NCBI GenBank assembly: GCA_964035575.1
Contig: OZ037846.1
Coordinates: 248,001 to 312,000 of the forward strand
From: Rhynchopus sp. YZ270_cl-10
Lineage: Eukaryota
DNA length: 64,000 nt
Direction of reading: 5' to 3'
Shown here: positions 36,399 to 47,828 of the stretch, in pieces
Position numbering within the stretch: position 1 is the first letter of the stretch
How the letters are laid out: each line of letters starts with the position of its first letter
Notes under the pieces: model-generated
Seen by the model: the letters and a program-made list of their open reading frames with translations, nothing else
Databases searched by the model: none
What the model was told of the DNA's origin: nothing
Position numbers and translations under genes: made by a program

Positions 36399-37763
36399 CG
36401 TTGGGCTTTTGATCCTCACAAACCTTTGCTATGTGTGGAGCAGGGGTGTGTGGATGTGTTGTGTACACTGGTGGGTGGTGTGGGTTCTGTCTTGGGAGGT
36501 GGACGTAACCAACAAAAAGAACAAAAGAAGAAAAGTCTATAAAGTGGGGTGTCCTGGACACAAGGAAATTCACATGGAATGGGGTGAAATGGTGAAATCT
36601 AAACTTTTTGCTTTTTTTGCGTTCCCCTCCCGTTTTTTGAACACAAAAAGTACATTTCGTCAAATCCCAAAACACGGGAAAATCTCCAAAATCCTGGGAT
36701 GTCAGCCATTTTTCCGGAACTGGAAAATGCGCTGTTCGCCGTTTCCTGGCTCGGCACAATGAATTGCAAAAAAAAAAATGGGTAAAATTGGTGGAGTAAA
36801 TTTAGTGAAAGGCGGTCCACGGGGGTTTTTGCACTTTACCATATTTCTTAGTACGGGTTTGCCGGTAATTCCATGAGTAAAAAACCCCTTCACAGGCCCT
36901 TGTACAGAAATCATACAAACCCGCTTAGGATCAACTGCGGGAAGGTGGAAAGCATAAAAGGGATAAACACCTTGCGTGAGAGATCAAGACTACTCATGAC
37001 TACACATCAACATTAAGAACCTGATGGGGAGGTAAGGCTTGTAAAAGCCAACCCCGCAAAGACCTGTACAATCCTTGCTGCTCATGAGAGCCAAGTTGCG
37101 AAGCTCCTTCGATCACATAAAAAGTAGTTCAACGTGCTAAAAACGCATCTCGGTCGAGTTCTTACAAAGTGTGGGGTGTGAGTGATCTGTACCGTAAGAG
37201 AACGGAGGCGGTTCACAACCGCTTGGCAAGCCACGCAACCTCTTTTAATACGGACTCGAGAAGTCAGTAACAAGCACATCTCACTGCCGCTCTAGGGTGC
37301 CTAAAAAAAGTTTGGAATCAGAGTTATCTGAGGGGGTTTTATTATTCCTTCCTTCAAAACTACACACACAACGCTTTTGGTTCTTGGGGGACACACAAGG
37401 TGCCAGGTTTTATGATGTGCACGGAACCACCCTATACCTCTTTGTCATGTTGTTTCCCGTGCAATACATGGAGAAACGTTCAGCACTCCAAACTAGGGAA
37501 AGCGATTTGATAAAAATGAGCGAACACAAAAACCAGCGCGTGTGGAAGAACAAAGTCGCCTGACCCCGTAAAAATAAACAAGCGTTCGCTAGATGTGCCT
37601 CAGCCTCTCGTGCTTGGTCATAAATAGGTGCAGGGGGAAAAGCTAAATACTGCGCTCTGCCTTCTTCGGCACAGGAAGCTGGACAAGTGGCTACATTCTT
37701 CAGACACAAACACCTCAATAATACATCGGGCAATGACCCGACTTCCTTGTGAATAAAACCTCG

Positions 37764-39891
37764 CTAAAACACGTTGTCCCGTTCTTTGTTGTCTGACTCA
37801 ACGACTCTGTAGCCAGACCCCTTGTGCTGGACAAGAACGTCTTCAAGTGCAGACGGCAGTGTTGTCCCTTCAGGAGGCTCGTACAGACACACAACCCCGT
37901 CACGCACAGCCTCCTCGCACAGCGCCCAACTCCGACGCACAACATCCCCCATCACAGTCACAAAGCGCTGGCTCCGTGCACCAACATCCCCGTGCTGCAC
38001 AAGGCCGCTTGCAAGACCAGCCCCGTTCAGTGCAGACTTCACAGACATGCGCTGCACAAACCGTATCGCGTTCTCCATGTGTGCAGGTGCAGAACGCGAC
38101 ACGTTCCACCCAACACACACACAGTTCCCAAGCAGCGTCACCAGACTCCCTCCACTCTGCTCCAGTGTGATCGTCAGTGTTGTGAGTCCGGAGCTCATGT
38201 GTGGGAAAGCTGTGTTGTGTGTCACGTCGCCCACTGCAAGCTGTGCAACTCCCACAGTGCCGGTGACCTGGCGGGTCGAGTACGCCAATCGTGAGTGTGA
38301 AGACCCCTGCGAAGCTAACGACGAACATCTGCTCCTCATCGTTTGAAGCAAATTTTGACTCTTGTCCAGCTTCGCACTGGACATTCGCTTAGGGGGCGGA
38401 GAAAACTCGCAAAGTGGTGTCTCCCTTCGTCCCCCAAGCGAGACAGGCCACACACAGCACACCAACGTGCTCCCAGACACACCCTTCAAGTGAACTGCCT
38501 CTGGCACACCTGCAACAGCACTGCACGACCCAGAGACAGACGTCCACAGGTCAGAGGGCAAAGCCACAGCACCAGGTGTGCATGTGCTCTCAAGTCGTGA
38601 CGCAACGTTCACTGTGTGTCCGAAGTAGTCGGTCCGTCCCGTCAGTGTGTTCTGCTCCACAGTCACAGGGCCAGTGTTCACACCAATGCGCACAGTCAGA
38701 CCACCCCACAGCGACCCCTGCCGACAGCAGATTGGTGCATCCTCAAGCAGAGACGCAGGCCAGTCTGCTTCAAACAGACGTTCCTGCACACGCAATCCAA
38801 ACGCCACACCGTCGCAAGTGGATGCAAAGGCAATCATGAATGCGTCGCCAATGGTCTTCACCTCGTACCCACCACACATCCGCATCACCTCACGCATCAC
38901 AGCGTTGTGGATCTGCAGTCCAGCACGCATCCCCTCAGGTGCATTCTCCCAGATCGACGTCGACGCACGGATGTCTGTGAACACAATTGTTGCTGTCTCG
39001 GTGTCAAGCCCAGGCGGTGCCACAGTCGGCTGCTGCACACCGTCCTCATCCACCTCAGCCTCAAACAGCGCAGCAGGGAGGTAGGGATTTCTCCTCCAAG
39101 TTACGCAGTGCCTCTGTCATCCCCTCAGGCAGGTCACCCCCATGCACGTCCAGCATCTCCGCCACCTGCTCCACGTCGTACCCCGCAAGAAGCGACGCAA
39201 TCTCCTGCACAACGCTGATCGTGCGCCTCATTGACTCCTGCTCCTTCAGCACGTTGTGCGCAAACCTGCGTGTCACGAAGAAGTCGATCAGGAAGACAGC
39301 AAGAGTGGAAGTCAAGTCAAGTGGGGGAAATGGTGTCTTGCAGGGCAAGAACTCGCAGTCTACCCTTTCTAGATGCTGCGCTCTCCTGCTGTGTTCACCT
39401 TCGTACGGCAACAACCCAGGAAGGTCAAACAAACCAAACCTGAAGGATTCCTCACATGCCATCAGGAGAAGCCACACCACTGTCGCACCCACGAACCATG
39501 CACTGTACCGTGATGGGACTTGCATCACAAGCAACATGTCCACAATCAGGATCAGAAGTGGCCAACCAACGAAACCATAAGTGCGTGCGTCCAAATCCCA
39601 CATGCAGACACCTACGCTGAAAGAGTACATATACCCCACCACAATCGTGGTGTGCAGTTGCTTCTTGCAGAGCACCTTAACAATGGCAACAGACGCAACT
39701 GTGACAACTATGCAAGAGCCGAGCACGTTAACTATCCGGTGTTGCACGTCGGTCCTCCCCTGATGAAAAACAGAAAAAGCCAGAGTAGATACTACTGAAA
39801 CCACACAGAACACAAACATGATCGTGCGCTTCTTCACCTCGTCAGCACTGAGCGACCCGTCAATGGTCAGCGCGCTGTTCAGGCACCGCAT
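37764..39891 (-). pseudogene. Chimeric A-type 6-TM plus intact adenylate cyclase plus degenerate cyclase (A-beta), frameshifted in the linker
   Basis: TIVFTDIRAST...YEVKTIGDAFM...RIGVNTG...DYFGHTVNVASRLES; frameshifting deletion near 39085-39092 relative to the paralog LEKNLRMYKAYLP. Confidence 0.75.
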
Positions 39892-40108
39892 CGTTGGGCT
39901 TTTGATCCTCACAAACCTTTGCTATGTGTGGAGCAGGGGTGTGTGGATGTGTGTTGTGTGCACTGGTGGGTGGTGTGGGTTCTGTGTTGGGAGATGGACG
40001 TAACCACCATCATGGAAACCCTTTAGGAGTTGAGGTAAAATGGACAAAGGCTCAGGGAGCCAATAAGAAGAGTTGACTCAAAAGGGCACACACAAGAGAC
40101 ATAGGTCA

Positions 40109-41812
40109 CTACCGAAGATAGGAACACACAACACTGCACGTCCCAGAAGGAACTGCGTGTGCTGGTGTGCCAACCCCTCCCGCAGCTGTCCATGCCTCAG
40201 CAACGTCAAGGTCAGACTGCTCACCACGCAGGTACCCACGCACGGCAGTGTTGTACTCCTCCCAATGCTTCTTCCCACCTATCATGTACATCCACTCGTC
40301 AACTGCTTCTGCTGAAGCACTCAGCTGAGACATCACTTCCGCCACAACCTGTGCCTCACAGCCAGAGGCAACCTCCACCTTGCACGGAAGCAGACGCAGC
40401 TGGTGTTCGCACTCAGCATCGCTGAAGCACATCCTGTTGCACACCACATCACACCCCAGCATACGCCCCACACGTTCCAGCCCGTTCACATCACGCACAA
40501 GCTCCCCCACCATGCTGAACCGACGCATCACCTCACAACCCATGTCACCACGCAGCAATGTTCCCGTTGCAACACCCACATTCGCGTACGATGTGACACC
40601 AGCTCTGATGAGCAGGGTGGCTGCGTGCAGTGCTGAGGTTGCGTGGGACGCACACTGCTTCGAGGCGTTGAACGAACAGTGGATCCTGTCCCCGATGAAC
40701 ACGTCCACCATCCCACGTCTTGTCTCTGTAGCCTGCAACGTCTTCAGAAGAAGAGTTGTGAACAGGTCCGAGAATTGTGTTATATCGTCCGCCAAGAGAC
40801 ACAGTGCGTCCTTCACGTTCACTGTCAGCAGGGTTGCCTTCACAGACGAGAGGCCCAACTGCTGTACTAGCAGAGGCTGGATAACTGAGGGACAATATGT
40901 CGCAGACGACTTCTCCGAACGCTCCAGCCCACTGGAAGAGTCGTCCCCCTTTGCGTGTACGTCGTTCTCCGGCTCATCCTGAAACGGCAGACACGTCTTC
41001 GGGAGGTACGCTTTGTACATGCGCAGGTTCTTCTCCAACGCCTTCAATGCCTCTGTCATCCCCTCAGGCAGGTCACCCCCATGCACGTCCAGCATCTCCG
41101 CCACCTGCTCCACGTCGTACCCCGCAAGAAGCGACGCAATCTCCTGCACAACGCTGATCGTGCGCGCCATACGCTCTTTTTCCCTCAGCACCTCTCTCGC
41201 GAAGCCTCGGGTTGCAATGAAGTCCACAATGAACACCATGATAGCTGCCAAGACGAAAGGTGATGTGTCACGTGCACAGGGCAGGTTCGTACACGAACTC
41301 AGCTCGTTCATGAACAGACGCCGCTCCTCCTGCGGGAGCAGGTACGGCACGTCAAGCACACCAAAGCGGATGCGTTCCTCAACACCCATAACCACAAGGT
41401 ACACAACTGTGGTGCAGACGAGCCCGACACTGTACCGCTCGGGCACCTGCATCACAAGCAGGTAGTCGACAACAACCACCAGCATGGGCCAGGCATTGCC
41501 CGCATTGGCGCGCGCACTGACGTCACCTACAACAACCAGCACAGCACAAATATACGCAAGCAAAGTAACGACCCCAACACGTAGCGGGTACCTGCAGAGC
41601 ACTATCGCAACACCCATAAGGCCTGCGATCCACGCAAGCAGGAGCATCACGAGGTACATGTGCCGTCCACGGACGTCGGAGAGACAGTGGCACAGGAGAG
41701 CGAAGGCGCACACGCTCAGCAACGTGTTCCCCACGAAAAAGAGACGGCGTTTTTCGACAATAGTCTTGTGGAGCGCCCCGTCGAAGGACAGCATAGCCTC
41801 CAGGCAGCGCAT
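40109..41812 (-). CDS. B-type 6-TM plus pseudo-cyclase (B-alpha)
   Basis: MRCLEAMLSFDG start at 41812; divergent TM module shared with the 43576 gene; alpha-type C-terminal domain. Confidence 0.8.
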   Translation of the reverse strand: MRCLEAMLSFDGALHKTIVEKRRLFFVGNTLLSVCAFALLCHCLSDVRGRHMYLVMLLLAWIAGLMGVAIVLCRYPLRVGVVTLLAYICAVLVVVGDVSARANAGNAWPMLVVVVDYLLVMQVPERYSVGLVCTTVVYLVVMGVEERIRFGVLDVPYLLPQEERRLFMNELSSCTNLPCARDTSPFVLAAIMVFIVDFIATRGFAREVLREKERMARTISVVQEIASLLAGYDVEQVAEMLDVHGGDLPEGMTEALKALEKNLRMYKAYLPKTCLPFQDEPENDVHAKGDDSSSGLERSEKSSATYCPSVIQPLLVQQLGLSSVKATLLTVNVKDALCLLADDITQFSDLFTTLLLKTLQATETRRGMVDVFIGDRIHCSFNASKQCASHATSALHAATLLIRAGVTSYANVGVATGTLLRGDMGCEVMRRFSMVGELVRDVNGLERVGRMLGCDVVCNRMCFSDAECEHQLRLLPCKVEVASGCEAQVVAEVMSQLSASAEAVDEWMYMIGGKKHWEEYNTAVRGYLRGEQSDLDVAEAWTAAGGVGTPAHAVPSGTCSVVCSYLR

Positions 41813-42480
41813 TGTGTTGTGTGGGGTTTTCCAGATGTAGAAATATGTCTGCAGGTGTATGTGGTAAAATTGTGCGTTTTGTTTTTTTGTATGAGGTTTC
41901 GGGTTTGTGGTCATTCTCACAATCGATCAGAGAAAGAGCTCCCAATCTGCAATATCATGACAGAGCTCTGTACCGTTATCTCTCACCCTGTGCTGGGTAA
42001 ATCTCGCGGAAGAGAAAAGAGTAGTTGAAATGTGCTGAAACGCATCTCAGTTGAGCTCATGCAATAGGTGGGACTGTCGTACGCCATCGAGCAGAGGTTA
42101 TGTCCTGCGGAGCCAACGTCCAACACCGCTGTCGAGCAGATGATGGACGAAGAGGAGTGTGAAGACAACAGCCCAACGTTTCAGGTGCAGGCGTTCCAGT
42201 GGTTCTGCCAGTCTACGAAGGAGGTTAAGCATTTTCGCATACCTGCAGAAGAGCAGAATGCTGGGCGTGTTGTATATTATTTCCACAGGGTGGATTTGTA
42301 ATCATAAAATGTTTTGTATGGTGGTATAACTAAAACGACAAACCCATGTTTCGTTCCTAACGCATACATTAGTTGTAATCAGAGGGGGGCTTCGCTTGAC
42401 CCTCTGGACTTCTGTTGGTTTACCGCTGCTGCTGGGTGAAATGGGGTGAAAGCATCTACAGTAGGTGTTGGTGTGGTACC

Positions 42481-42677
42481 CCTAGGCATACTGTGCAGAC
42501 GAACCTTCGTCGTTTTGGTTGGTCGATGTTCGTTCGACGAACATCGACCAACCAAAAGTGTCACTTTTTATAAGGGCCCTCCCACACGACGAACCATACC
42601 CCCCTCCAGACCCAGGACGTACATCGACGAACCAATGGTTCATCTGCACAGTATGCCGCCTCTTCAGTATGCCTAGG
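42481..42677. repeat. Foldback element with nested inverted repeats
   Basis: Perfect 21-bp stem 42513-42533/42537-42557; outer arms 42485-42505/42637-42657 (1 mismatch) and 42481-42493/42665-42677. Confidence 0.8.
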
Positions 42678-43575
42678 ACGCCCCATTGCCCTTGAGGTTC
42701 GGTGAATACTGAGCCTAACACACGAAAGCCTGGGGGTTTTTTGATAAATAAATATTTTTTTGAATAGATAAAAGCAATACATTACTTTTTATTTAAAACA
42801 AAAGGCACTCCGTATCCAAAACAGGGGGGCAGTCTGGGGACAAAAACAGATTTCTGTATTGGGGAGGGTGGGAGTGTTTTTCGCTAAAAGGTAGGATTAA
42901 AAGTAAAAGAAAATGATGTAAAACATCGGGTAGTCGGATCCACTTGGAAAATACATAACTACATACAAGTAGTACATAAAGCATGTAGCCCTAAAAAGTA
43001 CGAGGTCCGAGAACCAACATGTATAGGGACCAAGGAGGCGTGGTGAATTCAAATAATGATCAGTTACCGAGATACAACCACTGGTCGACAAGCACTAGAA
43101 AAGGAAAATCAGCTGAAAAGCAAACGGAAAACGTGATATTCTAACTTGTATCTGGTGTAATAAAAAACGGCGTCCACGTATCATTGGTTGAGCGACGCTT
43201 GCCCAGATGACCGTACCAGGAGAATAAAGCCTGGGGGGAGGGGAAATTTTTCGAGGGCTGATTCGCACTTTTCCGCACCACTTTTCATGCGCCCCACGCC
43301 ATATTTAAGAAAATAGCTATTATTTGGGGGTAAACTTATTCGGGGGGGCCTTTACTTGCAATCAGCTCACCTGACTCCATGAAAATGAAGAAGTGTTCGC
43401 CAGATGTGCCTGAGCCTCTCGTCCTTGGTCACATAAATAGGTGCAGGGGGAAAGCTAAATACTGCGCTCTGCCTTCTTCGGCACAGGAAGCTGGACAAGT
43501 GGCTACATTCTTCAGACACAAACACCTCAATAATACATCGGGCAATGACCCGACTTCCTTGTGAATAAAACCTCG

Positions 43576-45590
43576 CTAAAACACGTTGTCCCGTTCTTTG
43601 TTGTCTGACTCAACGACTCTGTAGCCAGACCCCTTGTGCTGGACAAGAACGTCTTCAAGTGCAGACGGCAGTGCTGTCCCTTCAGGAGGCTCGTACAGAC
43701 ACACAACCCCGTCACGCACAGCCTCCTCGCACAGCGCCCAACTCCGACGCACAACATCCCCCATCACAGTCACAAAGCGCTGGCTCCGTGCACCAACATC
43801 CCCGTGCTGCACAAGGCCGCTTGCAAGACCAGCCCCGTTCAGTGCAGACTTCACAGACATGCGCTGCACAAACCGTATCGCGTTCTCCATGTGTGCAGGT
43901 GCAGAACGCGACACGTTCCACCCAACACACACACAGTTCCCAAGCAGCGTCACCAGACTCCCTCCACTCTGCTCCAGTGCGATCGTCAGTGTTGTGAGTC
44001 CGGAGCTCATGTGTGGGAAAGCTGTGTTGTGTGTCACGTCGCCCACTGCAAGCTGTGCAACTCCCACAGTGCCCGAGACCTGGCGGGTCGAGTGTGCCAA
44101 TCGGGAGTGTGAAGACTCCTCCAAAGCTGACGACGAACATGCGCTCCTCATCGATTGAATCAGATTTTGACTCTTGTCCAGCTTCGTACTAGAGCTTCGC
44201 CTAGGGGGCGGAGGAGACTCGCAAAGTGGTGTCTCCCTTCGTCCCCCAAGCGAGACAGGCCACACACAGCACACCAACGTGCTCCCAGACACACCCTTCA
44301 AGTGAACTGCCTCTGGCACACCTGCAACAGCACTGCACGACCCAGAGACAGATGTCCACAGGTCAGAGGGCAAAGCCACAGCACCAGGTGTGCATGTGCT
44401 CTCAAGGCGTGATGCAACGTTCACTGTGTGTCCGAAGTAGTCGGTCCGTCCCGTCAGTGTGTTCTGCTCCACAGTCACAGGGCCAGTGTTCACACCAATG
44501 CGCACAGTCAGACCACCCCACAGCGACCCCTGCCGACAGCAGATTGGTGCATCCTCAAGCAGAGACGCAGGCCAGTCTGCTTCAGACAGACGTTCCTGCA
44601 CACGCAACCCAAACGCCACACCGTCGCAAGTGGATGCAAAGGCAATCATGAATGCGTCGCCAATGGTCTTCACTTCGTACCCACCACACATCCGCATCAC
44701 CTCACGCATCACAGCGTTGTGGATCTGCAGTCCAGCACGCATCCCCTCAGGTGCGTCCTCCCAGATCGACGTCGATGCACGGATGTCTGTGAACACAATT
44801 GTTGCTGTCTCGCTGTCAAGCCCAGGCGGTGCCACAGTAGGTTGCTGCACACCGTCCTCATCCACCTCAAACAGCGCAGGGAGGTACGCTTTGTACATGC
44901 GCAGGTTCTTCTCCAACGCTTTCAATGCCTCTGTCATCCCCTCAGGCAGGTCACCCTCATGCACGTCCAGCAGCTCCGCCACCTTCTCCACGTCGTAGCC
45001 AGCCAGCAACGACGCAATCTCCTGCACAGTGTTCATCGTGCACACCATGCGCTCTTTTTCCCTCAGCACTTCTCTCGCGAAGCCTCGGGTTGCAATGAAG
45101 TCCACGATGAACACCAGGAGAGCTACCAAGACGAAGTGCGATCTGTCACGTGCACAGGGCAGGTTCGTACACGAACTCAGCTCGTTCATGAACAGACGCC
45201 GCTCCTCCTGCGGGAGCAGGTACGGCACGTCAAGCACACCAAAGCGGATGCTTTCCTCAACACCCATAACCACAAGGTACACAACTGTGGTGCAGACGAG
45301 CCCGACACTGTACCGCTCGGGCACCTGCATCACAAGCAGGTAGTCGACAACAACCACCAGCATGGGCCAAGTATTGCCCGCATTGGCGCGCGCAGTGACG
45401 TCACCTACAACCATGAGCACAGCAACAATATACGCTAAGAAAGTGACGACCCCAACACGTAGCGGGTACCTGCAGAACACTATCGCAACACCCGTGAGCC
45501 CTGTGATACAGAGAAGCACGAGCATCGCGGACAGTGCAGAGGGGGTGGAAGAGTCATCGAAACATGCTGAAAGCAAAGCAAAGCATCTAG
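43576..45590 (-). CDS. B-type TM plus intact adenylate cyclase plus degenerate cyclase (B-beta); 5' end replaced by an inserted element
   Basis: Catalytic motifs FTDIRAST, KTIGD and DYFGHTVNVASRLE intact; similarity to the 41812 gene stops at about 45585; next in-frame ATG at 45525. Confidence 0.7.
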
Positions 45591-45788
45591 ATTCCGCTTT
45601 ATTTCCCAACCCAACAACAACAATATAGCGTGAAGACAATAAATAAAATCAAAGCGGAATAAATTTTTGGGTTTTGTGAGGCACTCAACGAGTGTGCCGG
45701 CTCTGTGGCGTCACGGAGCCACCAACACTCCCCAGTCATTTTTCCTGCGCATCCAGGAAAACTCGCAGTATGCGACCAGGCGAAAAAA
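45591..45788 (+). mobile_element. Second copy of the multi-hairpin SINE-like element
   Basis: Near-identical to 14815-15017. Confidence 0.55.
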
Positions 45789-46091
45789 TTTAATTCACAG
45801 CAAACAGGTGTGAGGGAGAAGAAAAGAAAGTGAACAAAAACGAAAAAACAATGTTTTTCTGAAATGTGATGTTGTTGGGGTGGGGAGAATAAAACAGTTC
45901 CAAGAAAAGCTCCTGCGTCGGTTTTCTTTTGGTTACAAAAAAACTCAAAAACAAAATAAACAAAACTAAGCCTCTCGTGCTTAGTCGCCTTGATCGAAAA
46001 CAGTAAACTGGAAAGTGGGACTGAGTATCGATACCGGGCAAGGGACTCCAAACATGACCTCCACGGAACAGCCGTCACACTTCATGACAGC

Positions 46092-47828
46092 CTACCCCAT
46101 TGAACACATCTGGGAGCAACACACAACACTGCACGTCCCAGAAGGAACTGCGTGTGCTGGTGTGCCAACCCCTCCCGCAGCTGTCCATGCCTTGGCAACG
46201 TCAAGGTCAGACTGCTCACCACGCAGGTACCCACGCACGGTATTGTTGTACTCCTCCCAATGCTTCTTCCCACCTATCATGTACATCCATTCGTCAACTG
46301 CTCCTGTTACAGCACTTAGCTGAGCCATCACTTCCGCCACAACCTGTGCCTCACAGCCAGAGGCAACCTCCACCTTGCACGGAAGCAGACGCAGCTGGTG
46401 TTCGCACTCAGCATCGCTGAAGCACATCCTGTTGCACACCACATCACACCCCAGCATACGCCCCACACGTTCCAGCCCGTTCACATCACGCACAAGCTCC
46501 CCCACCATGCTGAACCGACGCATCACCTCACAACCCATGTCACCACGCAGCACCTTCCCAGTCGCAACACCAGCATTCACCTTCTCACAAAAGCTGCTCG
46601 CACCCTTCAGAAGCAGGCTTGCTGCGTGCAGTGCAGATGTGGCATGTGTCGCACACTGCTTCGAGGCGTTGAACGAACAGTGGATCCTGTCCCCGATGAA
46701 CACGTCCACCATCCCACGTCTTGTCTCTGTTGCCTGCAGGGTCTTCAGGAGGAGAGTGGTGAAGAAGGAGGAGTAGGTCGCACTGTCCTTCTCCAGCAAA
46801 TGCAGGGTGTCCTTCACGTTCAGTGTCAGCAGGGTTGTCTTCACTGAGGACAGACCCAGTGGCAGGCACACTGGCAAAGTGTCCTTCTTTGAATCACACG
46901 AGTCTGAGCCTCTAAGTGTACTTTGCGTGGACTCCGACTGTTCATCCGACTCATCATCAGAAGGCGTTCTGTCCACCTCATCCTGAAAAGGCAGACACGT
47001 CTGCGGGAGGTACGCTTTGTACATGCGCAGGTTCTTCTCCAGTCTCCACAGGGCAGCAGTCATCCCCTCAGGCAGGTCACCCCCATGCACGTCCAGCATC
47101 TCCGCCACCTGCTCCACGTCGTACCCCGCAAGAAGCGACGCAATCTCCTGCACAACGCTGATCGTGCGCCTCATTGACTCCTGCTCCTTCAGCACGTTGT
47201 GCGCAAACCTGCGTGTCACGAAGAAGTCGATCAGGAAGACCGACGTCGTGGAAACTATGCCCACCGGAGGGAACGGCCCCTTGCAGGGCAGGACCTCGCA
47301 GTCCACTTTCAACATTATTTTCGCTCTCCTGCCTTGTTCGCCATCCTGCGGCGACAAACCGGGTATGTCAAACAAGCCAAACCTGAACGTTTCCTCACAT
47401 CCCATAAGGCACACCCACACCATTGTCGCACCCACGAACCAAGCACTGTACTGTGATGGTACTTCCATCACAAGCAACATGTCCACAACCAGGATCAGAA
47501 GTGGCCACCCCACTACCCCGAATGTACGAAGGTCCAAATCCCACAGGAAGATTCCTATGCTAGCAAAATAGAGACCACCCACAACAAACGGGGTGTGCAG
47601 ATGGCGCTTGGAAAGTATAAAGCAAATGACAAGAGAGGCGGCTGTCAACATGATAAGGGAACCGGTTGTGTTCAGTACGCGATCCTGCATCTTGTACCCC
47701 TTCGTCACGACATGCAGCGCTGTCATGAACCATGCTGCCACACAAAACAAAAACACAATTTTGCGCTTCTTCACCTCATCAGCACTGAGAGACCCGTCAA
47801 TGGTCAGTGCGCTGTTCAGGCACCGCAT
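46092..47828 (-). CDS. 6-TM pseudo-cyclase protein (TM module like copy 6)
   Basis: Intact ORF. Confidence 0.85.
   Translation of the reverse strand: MRCLNSALTIDGSLSADEVKKRKIVFLFCVAAWFMTALHVVTKGYKMQDRVLNTTGSLIMLTAASLVICFILSKRHLHTPFVVGGLYFASIGIFLWDLDLRTFGVVGWPLLILVVDMLLVMEVPSQYSAWFVGATMVWVCLMGCEETFRFGLFDIPGLSPQDGEQGRRAKIMLKVDCEVLPCKGPFPPVGIVSTTSVFLIDFFVTRRFAHNVLKEQESMRRTISVVQEIASLLAGYDVEQVAEMLDVHGGDLPEGMTAALWRLEKNLRMYKAYLPQTCLPFQDEVDRTPSDDESDEQSESTQSTLRGSDSCDSKKDTLPVCLPLGLSSVKTTLLTLNVKDTLHLLEKDSATYSSFFTTLLLKTLQATETRRGMVDVFIGDRIHCSFNASKQCATHATSALHAASLLLKGASSFCEKVNAGVATGKVLRGDMGCEVMRRFSMVGELVRDVNGLERVGRMLGCDVVCNRMCFSDAECEHQLRLLPCKVEVASGCEAQVVAEVMAQLSAVTGAVDEWMYMIGGKKHWEEYNNTVRGYLRGEQSDLDVAKAWTAAGGVGTPAHAVPSGTCSVVCCSQMCSMG

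Noticed and set aside
36950..37563. Possible decayed coding or retroelement remnant, with a short match to 42030-42070 and ORF 42068-42301
   Set aside because: No recognisable motif; cannot be assigned without a search
39085..39092. Programmed frameshift joining the A-type TM and beta cyclase
   Set aside because: Comparison with the paralog shows loss of NLRMY codons, so this is a deletion; no recognised shift motif
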